Source: a virus (lineage: Duplodnaviria > Caudoviricetes). Taken from it: a stretch of DNA of 64,000 bases. The translations under genes and the position numbers were made by a program. The notes under the pieces were generated by a model. It searched no databases. It was not told where the DNA came from and saw only the letters and a list, made by a program, of their open reading frames with translations. Every line of letters starts with the position of its first letter. Positions within the stretch are counted from its first letter, which is position 1. Positions 38,553 to 48,931 of this stretch are shown here, in pieces. The stretch spans positions 1 through 64,000 of the IMG/VR virus record IMGVR_UViG_3300034059_000003, one strand, 5' to 3'.

Positions 38553-40863
38553 TTGCAGCAGTATTATAATCTTCATTTAATAATTTAAGATCCTGCGTTA
38601 TATCCTGTCCTTTCTTTTTCTTCATTTCAAGAAATGCTCTTGCTGCCATATACCGCATATGTAGATCATCAATATCACTTGAATAAGAACCAAGTGGAGC
38701 TGTCATATATCCTTGTGGATTATTCTTTGAATCAAATGGTTTTTTGATAGGACTCTCACCTTCCATTTCCCTTGGATTACCTTGGAAAACATTTAATTCA
38801 AGTTGTTCTGTCCTTGGATTCCTTCTTACACTCATCCATGTATCATTACGGTTAGGACCCATTTTACCTTCAATATTATTCCAACGATCAACTACTTGAA
38901 GTTGTTGACCAGGACCAATATTTCTTACTGCGAAAAGATCACCCTGACCTGCTCTATTTGGAAGATTATAAGAAAATGCATTATTACTAAACCTTTGTGG
39001 TTCTACAAGTTCATTTGGACCTTCAATATAGTATTGTTTATCTCCTATTGTTACAGATAACATTCCCGGACCATATTGACTTGTTCTTGGATCTACCATT
39101 CCATAAACAAAGAATGCTTCATCCTTCTTAGCAATTGATTTCTTTTCATCTTTATCAAATTCATGATTTGGATTTTCTGGATCAACCCATCTGCCACCAA
39201 TTAATGCAGAACTAAGGCCACCTTCTCCTGTAAATCTTCCTTGTGTATCCATTGTAAGACCACCAAGTTTTTCAGATACATAAGCCTGGTCTTCAGGATC
39301 GAAAGCAATAACCTGGCCAAAACCAACAGTTTTACTTTGTTCTTTTTCGAATTTTTTTAGATTCGATTTTAACCACATGTTTTCTTTTGGTGTAAAATCC
39401 TTAGATCCTTTAATTAATAATTCTGTTTCACTTTTAAATGGATTATCCGGATCATTGAAACCATAAGCAAGGGCTGCATTTATTGTTTTTGACTCTGAAA
39501 AATCATTATCAAAAGCATTCTCATTAATATTTAACTTATCTAATGTCTTATCAATTGTCTTTAATACATCTTCTTTTTCTTCTTCAAGTGCTTTCTTTTC
39601 CCATTTACCAGTTACTTCTACTTCTTTCTTCGCAAAGTATTCTTCAAACATTTTCTTTGTACCATAAGCATCTTCGACTAATCTGGTTGTTAATAATGCA
39701 TTACGCATCATTTTTGAGTCACTACCAATTCCAAGAGGCGTCTTAGCATCAATCTTTCTCTCTTTCCCATCTTCACCAATTACATTTACAGAATGAAGTC
39801 CAAGGAGTGCTTCGGGATCATCTTTTACTTTTGCATAATATTCAAGATTATCCCCATAATTTAACAACTTGGTATCTTTAAATACTTTCAATGTTGACAT
39901 TTTAGAAAGATCTCCTTCATTTGTTCCATCATCAAAAAAGTAACCAGGATTCATTGGTTCAAGAGGAAGATCAAATGTCATATCTATTTGTTGAATTTGA
40001 CTTTTCTTTTTTCCTGAAGTTTTGGTTTGTCCAGGAAGATATTCATAATTGTCTTTGAAACTTCTTGTTTTATATTTCTCTTCTTCACGAGAAATAATTT
40101 GATTAATATAATCTTCATTCCACTTATCAGGAGAAGTTGTTGCTTTTAGATAACGCGATCCAGGAGTTTCAGTATTGAGTATCTGTTGTACAAGTTGTTT
40201 TCTGTTTGCTGCAAGTTTCTCAGGACTTCTCTGTTCATAGGTGGTCGTTTTCATTGCAGCAACATCAACACCATTTGGACCAGGCACCCAAATTGTTGAT
40301 GGTTCTCCACTACTTGTTTCTGTTTCTACCTGTCTATATGATTCATTTACTTCATCAAGTATATTAGCATATTGTGTTGGTCTTTGATATTGGCTAAATC
40401 CTTGTCCAGAAATTAACTGTCTTACATCGCCGGTTTCAGGATTGATATTTGGATCAGCTTCTCTACGATATAGTGGATCTGAAATCCATCTATCATATAA
40501 TGATGCTGCCTCACGATCTTGTTGAATAGTTTTTACATCTGGATCTGACCGGAACTCAGCATTTATTTTTGATAACTCTCTTAATGCAGGTATTGAATAT
40601 GATGTTTCACCATAATCTTGCATCCATTTATTTACCTTTTGTTTATACTTATCTGTAACAAGTGGAGTCATTCCTTTTGTCTGATATCCTGGAATAAGAC
40701 TACCGGTGAGTGCATTTGTTTCTTCTGCAAGTGCAATTGCCTTTTCGCCTCTCTGTAATTTTTCCTGTTCAAAGTTTATCATTTCACTATATGGACTTTT
40801 ATCTTCCACAAATTGTGAAGTATAAACAGGAAGTGCTGGTGTATAAAATCTATTGATACCCAT
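38542..40863 (-). CDS. Internal virion/ejection (cargo) protein
   Basis: 773 aa directly upstream of the RNAP polyprotein (11-nt overlap). MGINRFY N-terminus and helical charged sequence; positional homology with crAss-like cargo genes. Confidence 0.6.
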   Translation of the reverse strand: MGINRFYTPALPVYTSQFVEDKSPYSEMINFEQEKLQRGEKAIALAEETNALTGSLIPGYQTKGMTPLVTDKYKQKVNKWMQDYGETSYSIPALRELSKINAEFRSDPDVKTIQQDREAASLYDRWISDPLYRREADPNINPETGDVRQLISGQGFSQYQRPTQYANILDEVNESYRQVETETSSGEPSTIWVPGPNGVDVAAMKTTTYEQRSPEKLAANRKQLVQQILNTETPGSRYLKATTSPDKWNEDYINQIISREEEKYKTRSFKDNYEYLPGQTKTSGKKKSQIQQIDMTFDLPLEPMNPGYFFDDGTNEGDLSKMSTLKVFKDTKLLNYGDNLEYYAKVKDDPEALLGLHSVNVIGEDGKERKIDAKTPLGIGSDSKMMRNALLTTRLVEDAYGTKKMFEEYFAKKEVEVTGKWEKKALEEEKEDVLKTIDKTLDKLNINENAFDNDFSESKTINAALAYGFNDPDNPFKSETELLIKGSKDFTPKENMWLKSNLKKFEKEQSKTVGFGQVIAFDPEDQAYVSEKLGGLTMDTQGRFTGEGGLSSALIGGRWVDPENPNHEFDKDEKKSIAKKDEAFFVYGMVDPRTSQYGPGMLSVTIGDKQYYIEGPNELVEPQRFSNNAFSYNLPNRAGQGDLFAVRNIGPGQQLQVVDRWNNIEGKMGPNRNDTWMSVRRNPRTEQLELNVFQGNPREMEGESPIKKPFDSKNNPQGYMTAPLGSYSSDIDDLHMRYMAARAFLEMKKKKGQDITQDLKLLNEDYNTAANGK

Positions 40864-40873
40864 TATAGTAAAA

Positions 40874-42442
40874 TTAACAAGACTTATATCTACGTTTTAA
40901 TAATTTATTTACTTTAGATGTAATCCTTCCACCAAGCTCAAATTCCTCTTCTTCATCTGATTCAGGAGAAAAGAATTGTACAGCTGAAGGAAGTGTTGAG
41001 TTACCAGTTACTGATCCAAATTCTTCTGTCGGAAGTTGAAAAGCAGGTACTTCTTCCACAGTGTTTTTTCTGTCCTTCCATATATCCTGATATCCCTGAA
41101 GAATGTTCATGTATTGTTTACTTGCTCTATCACTTGCTGCCATACGTTTTTCGTCTGCAGATTGTATTCCGAGTTGAGTGGCAAGATTTGCTGAATATGA
41201 TGAAACGGCATTTGATCTTGCTGCTCTATTTGCTGCAAGAGCATTTTCTTGTTCAATCCCTATCTGTGTGTTTATTTTATTAACAGCATTCTGACTCTGT
41301 GCATCAATAATATTTGCTCGATTTTCTATTTCGGCATTTTGTGATTGTACATTGGAAACGAAATCTCCGATTGTCTCTGCTTCAAGAGCTCCGATATTAC
41401 CAAGATTATTCATATACATACGTGGATTTAATCTTCTTAATCGTTCTCTGGTATTACCAAATGTACGATTAATTTTACGAATGCCTCCCTCAGTACTTAT
41501 TGGTGTTCTTTTCGTTGCTACAAACTGTGTTCGTGGATAATTTACTTCTTCAGGTTTTGATACAAGATTCTGAACAAGACCGAGACCACTTGATAAAATT
41601 GAAAGATTTCCTTTATCTCCTAACCAAGTATTAACAGCTCCACCACCAGCCATGATGTTTTCATTATTATATTCCTTACTAAGATCATCACTCATTTCTT
41701 CAAAAGGTACCTGTGATATTTTTCTTGCAGTATCATTCCATTTGTCACCAGATCTTCTTTCGAATTTTCTATCTCTTGTTTTTAATACTGAAGAAACACT
41801 TCTTCCAATATCTGATTTCTTCAGTGGAACATTTCCTCCAAATCGCATCATGATTTCAGGTGTTATTTTTATTTTTTCTGAATGTACGATATCTCCGGTC
41901 CTTGACTCTCCATTTTCAACTTCAGCAATGCCGATATTTATTCCACCCTGGCTATGTGGAAATCCTTTATAATCGGTACGTCTTGATAAACGTTTTAAAT
42001 TACCTCCTCCTTCAGCAATAACAGTATCATATACCTGTCTTTCTTTTCCTATTGCCGGTTTATATGAATTAGCTATCTCCGCTTTTTTCTTTGCTTTTTC
42101 TTCAGCACTTCCACCTATTGCACCAAGACCAAAACCAGCAACGGCACCTATAAGTGTTCCCCATCCAGGAGAAATACTTGTTCCTGTCATTGCACCAGAT
42201 ACAGCACCAGAAGCAGCATTATCAAGCCAACCACCATTTGAATACAACTCAAGAATATCAGAATCTGATAATTCGCCACCAACCTCTAACTTTTTAAATT
42301 TTCTTTTTGCCATTCGTGCAAAATTAGCCATTGCACGAACATTAACATTCTTTGAATGTAATGCCTCAGTAGTAGTTTTACCTGTACGTTTTTTATATGC
42401 GGTAAACTTTCCTTTGTTTTCTGGTTTTATCTTTATACTCAT
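40874..42442 (-). CDS. crAss-like internal virion/cargo protein with glycine-zipper membrane segment
   Basis: IKIKPENKGKFTA..K.TG N-terminal motif, G.PHSQGG...AEVENGE, glycine zipper, repeated x-x-x-GG motifs. Confidence 0.7.
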   Translation of the reverse strand: MSIKIKPENKGKFTAYKKRTGKTTTEALHSKNVNVRAMANFARMAKRKFKKLEVGGELSDSDILELYSNGGWLDNAASGAVSGAMTGTSISPGWGTLIGAVAGFGLGAIGGSAEEKAKKKAEIANSYKPAIGKERQVYDTVIAEGGGNLKRLSRRTDYKGFPHSQGGINIGIAEVENGESRTGDIVHSEKIKITPEIMMRFGGNVPLKKSDIGRSVSSVLKTRDRKFERRSGDKWNDTARKISQVPFEEMSDDLSKEYNNENIMAGGGAVNTWLGDKGNLSILSSGLGLVQNLVSKPEEVNYPRTQFVATKRTPISTEGGIRKINRTFGNTRERLRRLNPRMYMNNLGNIGALEAETIGDFVSNVQSQNAEIENRANIIDAQSQNAVNKINTQIGIEQENALAANRAARSNAVSSYSANLATQLGIQSADEKRMAASDRASKQYMNILQGYQDIWKDRKNTVEEVPAFQLPTEEFGSVTGNSTLPSAVQFFSPESDEEEEFELGGRITSKVNKLLKRRYKSC

Positions 42443-42450
42443 GACTGTAA

Positions 42451-42738
42451 TTATTGATCAATTTTATTCATTACAGACTCTGCAGGAGTCATATACAAAG
42501 TTACAAGATCATGAAGAACTATCATATGGTGATTTTCATCATGAACAAACCTTAATTCAATTTTTATATAGGTATCTCTTATCCTGGCTTTATCGAGAAG
42601 ATTTCTTCCTATGGTAAATCTCCATGTACGAAATAGTCTTCTACAGTTCGTAACAGTTAGAACAACAGATCCTGTGTCTTGATAATCATTTGTTACCCTT
42701 ACACTGGTTATAGTTTTTGTATGTACTTGTGTTTCCAT
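42451..42738 (-). CDS. Detached C-terminal segment of the muzzle/stabilisation protein
   Basis: VRVTNDYQDTG...RRLFRTWRFTIGR...RIRDTYIKIEL...VLHDLVTLY resembles the conserved C-terminus of crAss-like stabilisation proteins as I recall it. Starts 1 nt after the stop of the 1699-aa gene. Confidence 0.6.
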   Translation of the reverse strand: METQVHTKTITSVRVTNDYQDTGSVVLTVTNCRRLFRTWRFTIGRNLLDKARIRDTYIKIELRFVHDENHHMIVLHDLVTLYMTPAESVMNKIDQ

Positions 42739-42739
42739 A

Positions 42740-45700
42740 TTAAATATCTCTTACACATTTTACTGACATACCATTTCTTTTATCATAATTATTTACACCA
42801 AGACTTGCAATAGTATTATACATCACTCTCATAACTGCCTGTGATGTATCATATTGTGTTGCTGTCCAAAATGCTGCAATAGTCTTACTTAAGAAATTAA
42901 AATTACCTACATAATCACGAACACCGGCAGGAATAGCAGTGAATCCAGTTTCATTTGTGGCTCCTATATTTGGAGATGCCCAATGTTCAGTTCCATTTTC
43001 TTTTAACTTTCCTCCAGTAACTGAATTACCTCCAAGGTATGTTGCTAAATTTTCCCAATCTGTTTTTGTAGCAACTCTCCATCCTGTTTCATGAACACCA
43101 TTACGTTTAAAATATACAAGACCTCTTGCATTATTAACTGCATACCAATTGTAGATTGCACCATAAAGTTCTCTATTATCAATATCATTGTTAGGCCAAC
43201 AATATGCACCTGATCTATCTGCAGAAAATTCAGTTCCCATTTCTATATATGGTATCGATACTCCATCTGCATATTTTGTTGTTTTTAGATTTGATACTAT
43301 CCACTCCTGGTTATTTATTATAACGGTGTAATATACATTATTATCAAGATCAGAAAGATCTATTAAAACTGAAAGTTCATTGGTTGTGAAGACAACTTCA
43401 TTACCATAAGTTGTACCACCGGATGTTGTTGCATATGCACGAACATAATAAATAGTACCAGGAACAAGATTAATAAGATTTGCAGAGAATGTTCCAAGAC
43501 CGGATCCATTAACTGTATGAGAATTTGATATAGTTGGATTTGAAGATGTATTCCAGCAAATACCTCTGGCAGTAACAATACCACCTCCACCGGAAACAAT
43601 ATTGCCACCAGAAACCGCAGTTGTTGTTGTTATACTTGATATCTCTGTTGTTAATACATCTGCAGCAACAACATTATTTGTTGAGAAAGCAATCTCATTA
43701 CCATATGCTGTTCCTGTTGAATTGGTACAATAAGCACGAATATGATAATTTGTATCTTCAATCAGACCATCAAGAACTTTTGTATATGATTTAAGAAGAC
43801 CACTTGTTCGACTATATAAAAGAGTTACAGGATAAAGTTTATTTGCTATTGTGGGTGTCGCACCTGTATTACAACATATACCAAATGCTGAAGGAGTTTC
43901 ACCACCAAAATTTGAAACCTCAATACCGCTGATAGCACTGACATCAGTTATTGATGAAACAATAGTAGTTATCAATGTTGCAAGCGAAACAATTGTAAAA
44001 GTGCGTTCATTACCATATGCTGTTCCTGCACTGTTTGTTGCATATGCTCTTACATAATAAGTTTGGCCTGCTTGTAATCCTGAAATATTGCTTATAAATG
44101 TCGTAATTTCAGACCCAGCAGAAAGTTTACTACTATTTTCTATAGTTGGGTTTGTACTTAATCCATAACAAACACCCTTATCAATTATTGAATCCCCACC
44201 GTCAAAAGTGATAGTCCCTCCACTTCTTGCTGAAGTTCCTGTTATATTATCAATTACTCTTGTAGTTAATACTGGAATTGTTACACTATACTGAGTTGTC
44301 TCAAGATCTGTTTTATAAACTTCAGATGTTATTTCAAGATTTGTAAATAGTGAAGTTAAATTTGGTTTTGGATTAACAACAACTGTAACATATGAATCAT
44401 AATATTTACCAAAGAAGTGCCCAGGATATCCTTTATCTTCTCTGTAAACAAATTTATTGTATGCAGAAAAGACTTTATTATCAACTTTAAGATAAAAATA
44501 TGCCTGTGTATCTACAAAACAAATAAATGAGTCTTCAACCTCATATAATAATAAAGCAATACCATATTCAGAATTTTCCTTTATAATAAACCATGGTTCT
44601 TTATACATTGGATTGTGAAACATAAAGAATCCCTTCCCATTCTTAGATGGACTTATTACATTATCATAATCTGCAAAGTCATTATCAATAGATTGTAAAT
44701 AAGAATTAACACCACGGATTGTTGATACATCCTCTATACTATTTAAGAATCGATTTATCGTCTTGCGTTTATGATCATACCAATAAATCCCACTGAAACT
44801 TTCGGTAATAGAGAAACGAGTACTTAATCCAAGATTTGTTGAAATGATATCAAATCTTGAAAGTATATCTCCTTCTCCGAGTTTTGTACTTCTTCCTTGT
44901 TGATCAGTTACAACAGATCTATCAAGAACGGACAAAGCACCAATAGCATCAGTTTGCCAATATAAAAGAAAGTTCTTCCAGGAAAATAATTTATTGATTG
45001 GACCAAAACTATTATCAACTTGTATATTTTCGTTTGATGCCCATTGTGTCCATGGATCTATTGTTTCTTTGCCAACTTTTGCATTAGATGCCATTACAAG
45101 AGTATCATTTACTTCATCCGGATCATAATCTAATGGAGCAGGATAAAACTTTCTTGCATCAGCAAGTTTTATATATGCAGTATTCTCAAGATACAAATCA
45201 GTCCATCCCGGGGAATAAGTATTTCCTGCAGCGGTGAATTCTGAATTGTTCTTTTCTCTTAAATAATAAGCTGTGTCTAACTGATTATATATTCTATGCC
45301 AACAATCATCAAGAGTATAAGCAAGATTAACACTTGTCTCTACAGGAAACATTTCAACAGCACCAAACCAATGTTGATTCTCTTCATAGTATTTATTGTA
45401 ATAAGAAACAAGATGATCAGCATAACCAATATATGTATCTCCATAATTGGCATAAGCGGTGGCGGATCCAGAAGAAACAGAAACCATTTTACCTGCAGAA
45501 ATATATTCATTTCTGGTTCTATCTTCATATGTGTGTCCACCATATTGTGTACCCCATAAATTAGTTCGATAATTCAAAAGGAAATACTCTGTAGATGGTA
45601 AATTATTTGTATCAAAAAAAGCACTCATTTGTACAAGTAGACATGTACCAAGGTTTCCGACATATGTATTAACACCAGAATATTTCACCATGTTGGCTAA

Positions 45701-47839
45701 GAAATTATATCTACCATATGCGGTAAGTGTACCAAAATTTTTTTCTGTTGTTATATTATCTGGCGTATTGGTTGTTTCCTCTAATCTTGCAGAAATAACA
45801 CTTACATCACGTGGGTTAATAGTAGTAAGATCATAACATTTTAATGTTTCAAAATTAGAACTTGCGTCTATAACTCCTTTATATGTTCCAATAATTTCAA
45901 CATAATCTCCGGATGTCTGAACAAACTTTTTATAATATGAAATGTCAGGAGAAAAAATAGCAATATGTCTTGCTGCATATTCAGGTCCTTCTTTTGATGA
46001 TGAATTATAGTCTCCAACTGTAGATTTTGCAGGATTTATAAAAGCTGTTTCAGCATATTTAGTTGTAAGCAAATTTGCCTTTCCCTGAAGTTTTACGGTT
46101 TTATCTTCGTCTGTTCTTTTAACATAAACAATTTGAACATACTTTACATCTGAAGGAAGATTACTTAATGTGAAATTTATTTGTAGTGGTCTTGATCTTA
46201 CATATCCAAGATTCACCGTCTGACAGAATGGAGAATTTCCATATGGTGATTCAAATTCAAACTCATTATTTGGCATTCTAATATCACCTATCCATTTTAC
46301 TGGACTTATACGTCCTTTATCATCATAACCAATGATTCCAAATCTATAAATCTCATCACGACAAAATCCCCTTAATTGTTGATTGTATAATGGACTTTCA
46401 GAACCTCCATAATAACCAGGATCAGGATATGTTTGTCTTGATATAAAAAAAGTATTATCAGGACTGTCATAATCTATAGCTCTATTCACATCACCAACTG
46501 CAGTAGGGGTTATAGTATATTTAACATTTGGACCTTCTCCACCTATTGTTACACAATCTGTCTGATATAAATATGAACTGGAAAAAAGTTGTTTCTTATC
46601 ATATTGAATATTATTCCGACAAATAGCATCAATATCAAGTGGAAGGTTTGCCATTCCAATTACGGTACCAATTGAAATACCTGATGAATTATAATGAATC
46701 CATAAATTAGGATTATCTCTATGATTATACCAATATTCTCCATTTGACTCATCAAGTCTGCAGTCTTCCCATGTATGATATCTCCACCTGTATGCTCTTG
46801 AATCATAAGAAAAATCAAACTCAGACTGTCTTGTATTTGCAGCAAAAAGAATATTGTTTTTAGTTGCAATTGTTTTACATCTTAACGGATTATTTATAAG
46901 TAGATATTCTGCAAGAGTATATGTCCCAAGATCATAATCACCGTCATCAGTAACATAGATTGTTGAACTAACAGGTTTAACATCAACAATACTTACGGTT
47001 GGTTCTCCATTTAATGTACTATAATGAATAGCAACAACTTCAATTCTGTCATAGTTTGTGTCTACACCTGTTATTTTAATTTGAATTCCTTTACCTGATG
47101 ATAATCCTTCACCAGAAGAATCGAGTGCGTCAGAACCCTTAAAAGTGGTTGTATTTGCTAAAGATTGTGATGATTGACTTAAAGGAAACATTTGACTTGC
47201 TGGAGAGAAATTACTCGCAGCTCCATATAATTTATATAATCGATATGAATATTGAACCATTCCTACTGGAATGTTACCATTGACAACCTTAGAAAATTCT
47301 GGTATTACCATTGTAACTTTCTGAACAATATCAAACTCATCCGGAGTTCTTGTTGATAGTAATGGATCCACGAGATTACAAAAGCGCAAATTATTATAAT
47401 CATCAGTCCAATAAACTTTATGGATAGAATCACTTTCATAAAACTCAACTATGTCTTCAATAGGATGTTGCATTGATAGATTGAGCAATCCATTATAAAG
47501 AAGTGTGAAATTTGACATTATCACAGTATCGTCATGAAGTGGGACACTCCATAGTCTGCCATATGATGCAGTAGGGTTTGCTGAGTCATCATCAGTAGTA
47601 ATTATCAATGTCCTATCACGAAGTTTTTTTGCACCAATTATTCTGTCATTTGGATATCCAAGTGTTTCAAAACTTCCGGCTAACGGTATATTACCAAGAA
47701 CATCTGTAAGTGCATCATTACGAGAAGGGTTATTACTTGTTCTTCTCATATTACGGCAATCAAACATTGCATCACTTCCTATTTTATTAAGAGAAGTGTC
47801 ACGATCAAGTTTCTTATATGTATTACGAAATGCTTGCAT
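42740..47839 (-). CDS. crAss-like tail muzzle/stabilisation protein fused to 3 FN3-like repeats and a FISUMP (Fib_succ_major) domain
   Basis: Muzzle motifs DEIYRFGIIGYD..GR.SPVKWIGDIRMP and G.INKL..W..FLLYWQ. From ~44285, three YYVRAYATN..GT.YGNE repeats, then D.D.NVY.TV.I..QEW...YG..YNWYA...GMSVKCVRD. Confidence 0.82.
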   Translation of the reverse strand: MQAFRNTYKKLDRDTSLNKIGSDAMFDCRNMRRTSNNPSRNDALTDVLGNIPLAGSFETLGYPNDRIIGAKKLRDRTLIITTDDDSANPTASYGRLWSVPLHDDTVIMSNFTLLYNGLLNLSMQHPIEDIVEFYESDSIHKVYWTDDYNNLRFCNLVDPLLSTRTPDEFDIVQKVTMVIPEFSKVVNGNIPVGMVQYSYRLYKLYGAASNFSPASQMFPLSQSSQSLANTTTFKGSDALDSSGEGLSSGKGIQIKITGVDTNYDRIEVVAIHYSTLNGEPTVSIVDVKPVSSTIYVTDDGDYDLGTYTLAEYLLINNPLRCKTIATKNNILFAANTRQSEFDFSYDSRAYRWRYHTWEDCRLDESNGEYWYNHRDNPNLWIHYNSSGISIGTVIGMANLPLDIDAICRNNIQYDKKQLFSSSYLYQTDCVTIGGEGPNVKYTITPTAVGDVNRAIDYDSPDNTFFISRQTYPDPGYYGGSESPLYNQQLRGFCRDEIYRFGIIGYDDKGRISPVKWIGDIRMPNNEFEFESPYGNSPFCQTVNLGYVRSRPLQINFTLSNLPSDVKYVQIVYVKRTDEDKTVKLQGKANLLTTKYAETAFINPAKSTVGDYNSSSKEGPEYAARHIAIFSPDISYYKKFVQTSGDYVEIIGTYKGVIDASSNFETLKCYDLTTINPRDVSVISARLEETTNTPDNITTEKNFGTLTAYGRYNFLANMVKYSGVNTYVGNLGTCLLVQMSAFFDTNNLPSTEYFLLNYRTNLWGTQYGGHTYEDRTRNEYISAGKMVSVSSGSATAYANYGDTYIGYADHLVSYYNKYYEENQHWFGAVEMFPVETSVNLAYTLDDCWHRIYNQLDTAYYLREKNNSEFTAAGNTYSPGWTDLYLENTAYIKLADARKFYPAPLDYDPDEVNDTLVMASNAKVGKETIDPWTQWASNENIQVDNSFGPINKLFSWKNFLLYWQTDAIGALSVLDRSVVTDQQGRSTKLGEGDILSRFDIISTNLGLSTRFSITESFSGIYWYDHKRKTINRFLNSIEDVSTIRGVNSYLQSIDNDFADYDNVISPSKNGKGFFMFHNPMYKEPWFIIKENSEYGIALLLYEVEDSFICFVDTQAYFYLKVDNKVFSAYNKFVYREDKGYPGHFFGKYYDSYVTVVVNPKPNLTSLFTNLEITSEVYKTDLETTQYSVTIPVLTTRVIDNITGTSARSGGTITFDGGDSIIDKGVCYGLSTNPTIENSSKLSAGSEITTFISNISGLQAGQTYYVRAYATNSAGTAYGNERTFTIVSLATLITTIVSSITDVSAISGIEVSNFGGETPSAFGICCNTGATPTIANKLYPVTLLYSRTSGLLKSYTKVLDGLIEDTNYHIRAYCTNSTGTAYGNEIAFSTNNVVAADVLTTEISSITTTTAVSGGNIVSGGGGIVTARGICWNTSSNPTISNSHTVNGSGLGTFSANLINLVPGTIYYVRAYATTSGGTTYGNEVVFTTNELSVLIDLSDLDNNVYYTVIINNQEWIVSNLKTTKYADGVSIPYIEMGTEFSADRSGAYCWPNNDIDNRELYGAIYNWYAVNNARGLVYFKRNGVHETGWRVATKTDWENLATYLGGNSVTGGKLKENGTEHWASPNIGATNETGFTAIPAGVRDYVGNFNFLSKTIAAFWTATQYDTSQAVMRVMYNTIASLGVNNYDKRNGMSVKCVRDI
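43378..44283 (-). repeat. Three tandem ~100-aa FN3-like repeats
   Basis: Units begin PVLTT / ATLITT / ADVLTT and end YGNERTFT / YGNEIAFST / YGNEVVFTT. Confidence 0.8.
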
Positions 47840-48588
47840 TATAATAAATCATTATTAAAACCAAGATTAAGATCTTCTCTGTTTCCAAGAAAAGCATATG
47901 AATAATCGTGAGAAGAGATAACAGGTAATAATCTTGTCCAATGTCTTGTCCAGATTTCTCTTCTTTCCGGAGATAATATTCTCATTGCATTTTGGGCACT
48001 TGGTAAGTAAAATAACCATTCTCTTTCACTATCATTATAAACCTCTCTACTGATCTTTCCAAGTCTCCAAAGTTTATGATCCTGTTTGAATGTTATAAAT
48101 GTTCTGACTGCCTCCTTTACTCTTTCAATATCAGGAATCATTGGGAAACCTTCTTCATCGACAAGAAATGCTCTGTATGCAAGTTCAAGAGTTGCAGTTT
48201 TTTCTGATGTCTCTATGTAATTGTTCTTGAGAATATATGTCAATCGACCAGTATCATTCTCAAGATCTTCATTATTAACTACTACTTGATTATGAAAAGA
48301 ATCACTGCTGTTCTCATAAACTTCTTTTGAATCGAAATCTCTTACACCAGCAGGTAATAATTCAATAAAATCAATTGGTAATGTTCCACGGTGATCTGTA
48401 ACAACTACATTAGGAGTTAATAATGAATTGCCGGTAACTTTTTCAATGAAGATACCTGGGGCATTAATCTTTGCAAGAGCTTTCCCGGCCCACGAAATTG
48501 CATCATTCCAATCAAGTTCATGAGCATATCCTTCATCTTGATAGACTTCCTCAAGAATGGATAATACTGATATGTATTTCTCGGCCAT
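47839..48588 (-). CDS. crAss-like tail ring/tubular protein
   Basis: Likely start ATG48588 (MAEKYISV.SILE.VY.D). Contains W.G.AL..I, LP.DF and GFPMIPD; directly upstream of the muzzle gene. Confidence 0.7.
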   Translation of the reverse strand: MAEKYISVLSILEEVYQDEGYAHELDWNDAISWAGKALAKINAPGIFIEKVTGNSLLTPNVVVTDHRGTLPIDFIELLPAGVRDFDSKEVYENSSDSFHNQVVVNNEDLENDTGRLTYILKNNYIETSEKTATLELAYRAFLVDEEGFPMIPDIERVKEAVRTFITFKQDHKLWRLGKISREVYNDSEREWLFYLPSAQNAMRILSPERREIWTRHWTRLLPVISSHDYSYAFLGNREDLNLGFNNDLL

Positions 48589-48598
48589 ACATTTAGAA

Positions 48599-48931
48599 TT
48601 ATTCAACCAAAAGCATACCACTTGAATTCATGACATCTTTAAAAGTATCAAGAATAGCATTGTCTTCTTTTGGTTTTTTGTCCATTTCCTTTTCAAGTTT
48701 ATCCATTGGATTTTCCTTAGATACATACTTCTTATTTTCATATTTATAATCAGTATTACCATTAGGCATCTTCTCTTTCCATTCTTTTGAAATGGTAATA
48801 ATCCAACCGTTTTCAACCTGTTCTCCACGGACGGTTTTTGAGACACCATCGACATCTTTAGTAAAAGAAAATTCTTTTTTTTCTTTTTCTTTACCTTCAT
48901 CGACAACTATTTTACCTTTTAAATCATTCAT
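48599..48931 (-). CDS. Hypothetical Lys/Glu-rich protein
   Basis: Likely start ATG48931 (MNDLKGK), overlapping the upstream stop; the track's extension lies within the IHF-like gene. Confidence 0.55.
   Translation of the reverse strand: MNDLKGKIVVDEGKEKEKKEFSFTKDVDGVSKTVRGEQVENGWIITISKEWKEKMPNGNTDYKYENKKYVSKENPMDKLEKEMDKKPKEDNAILDTFKDVMNSSGMLLVE

Noticed and set aside
19804-39746. Many short + strand ORFs inside the giant and 773-aa genes
   Set aside because: Antisense shadows with no motifs and skewed composition, fully nested in long real ORFs.
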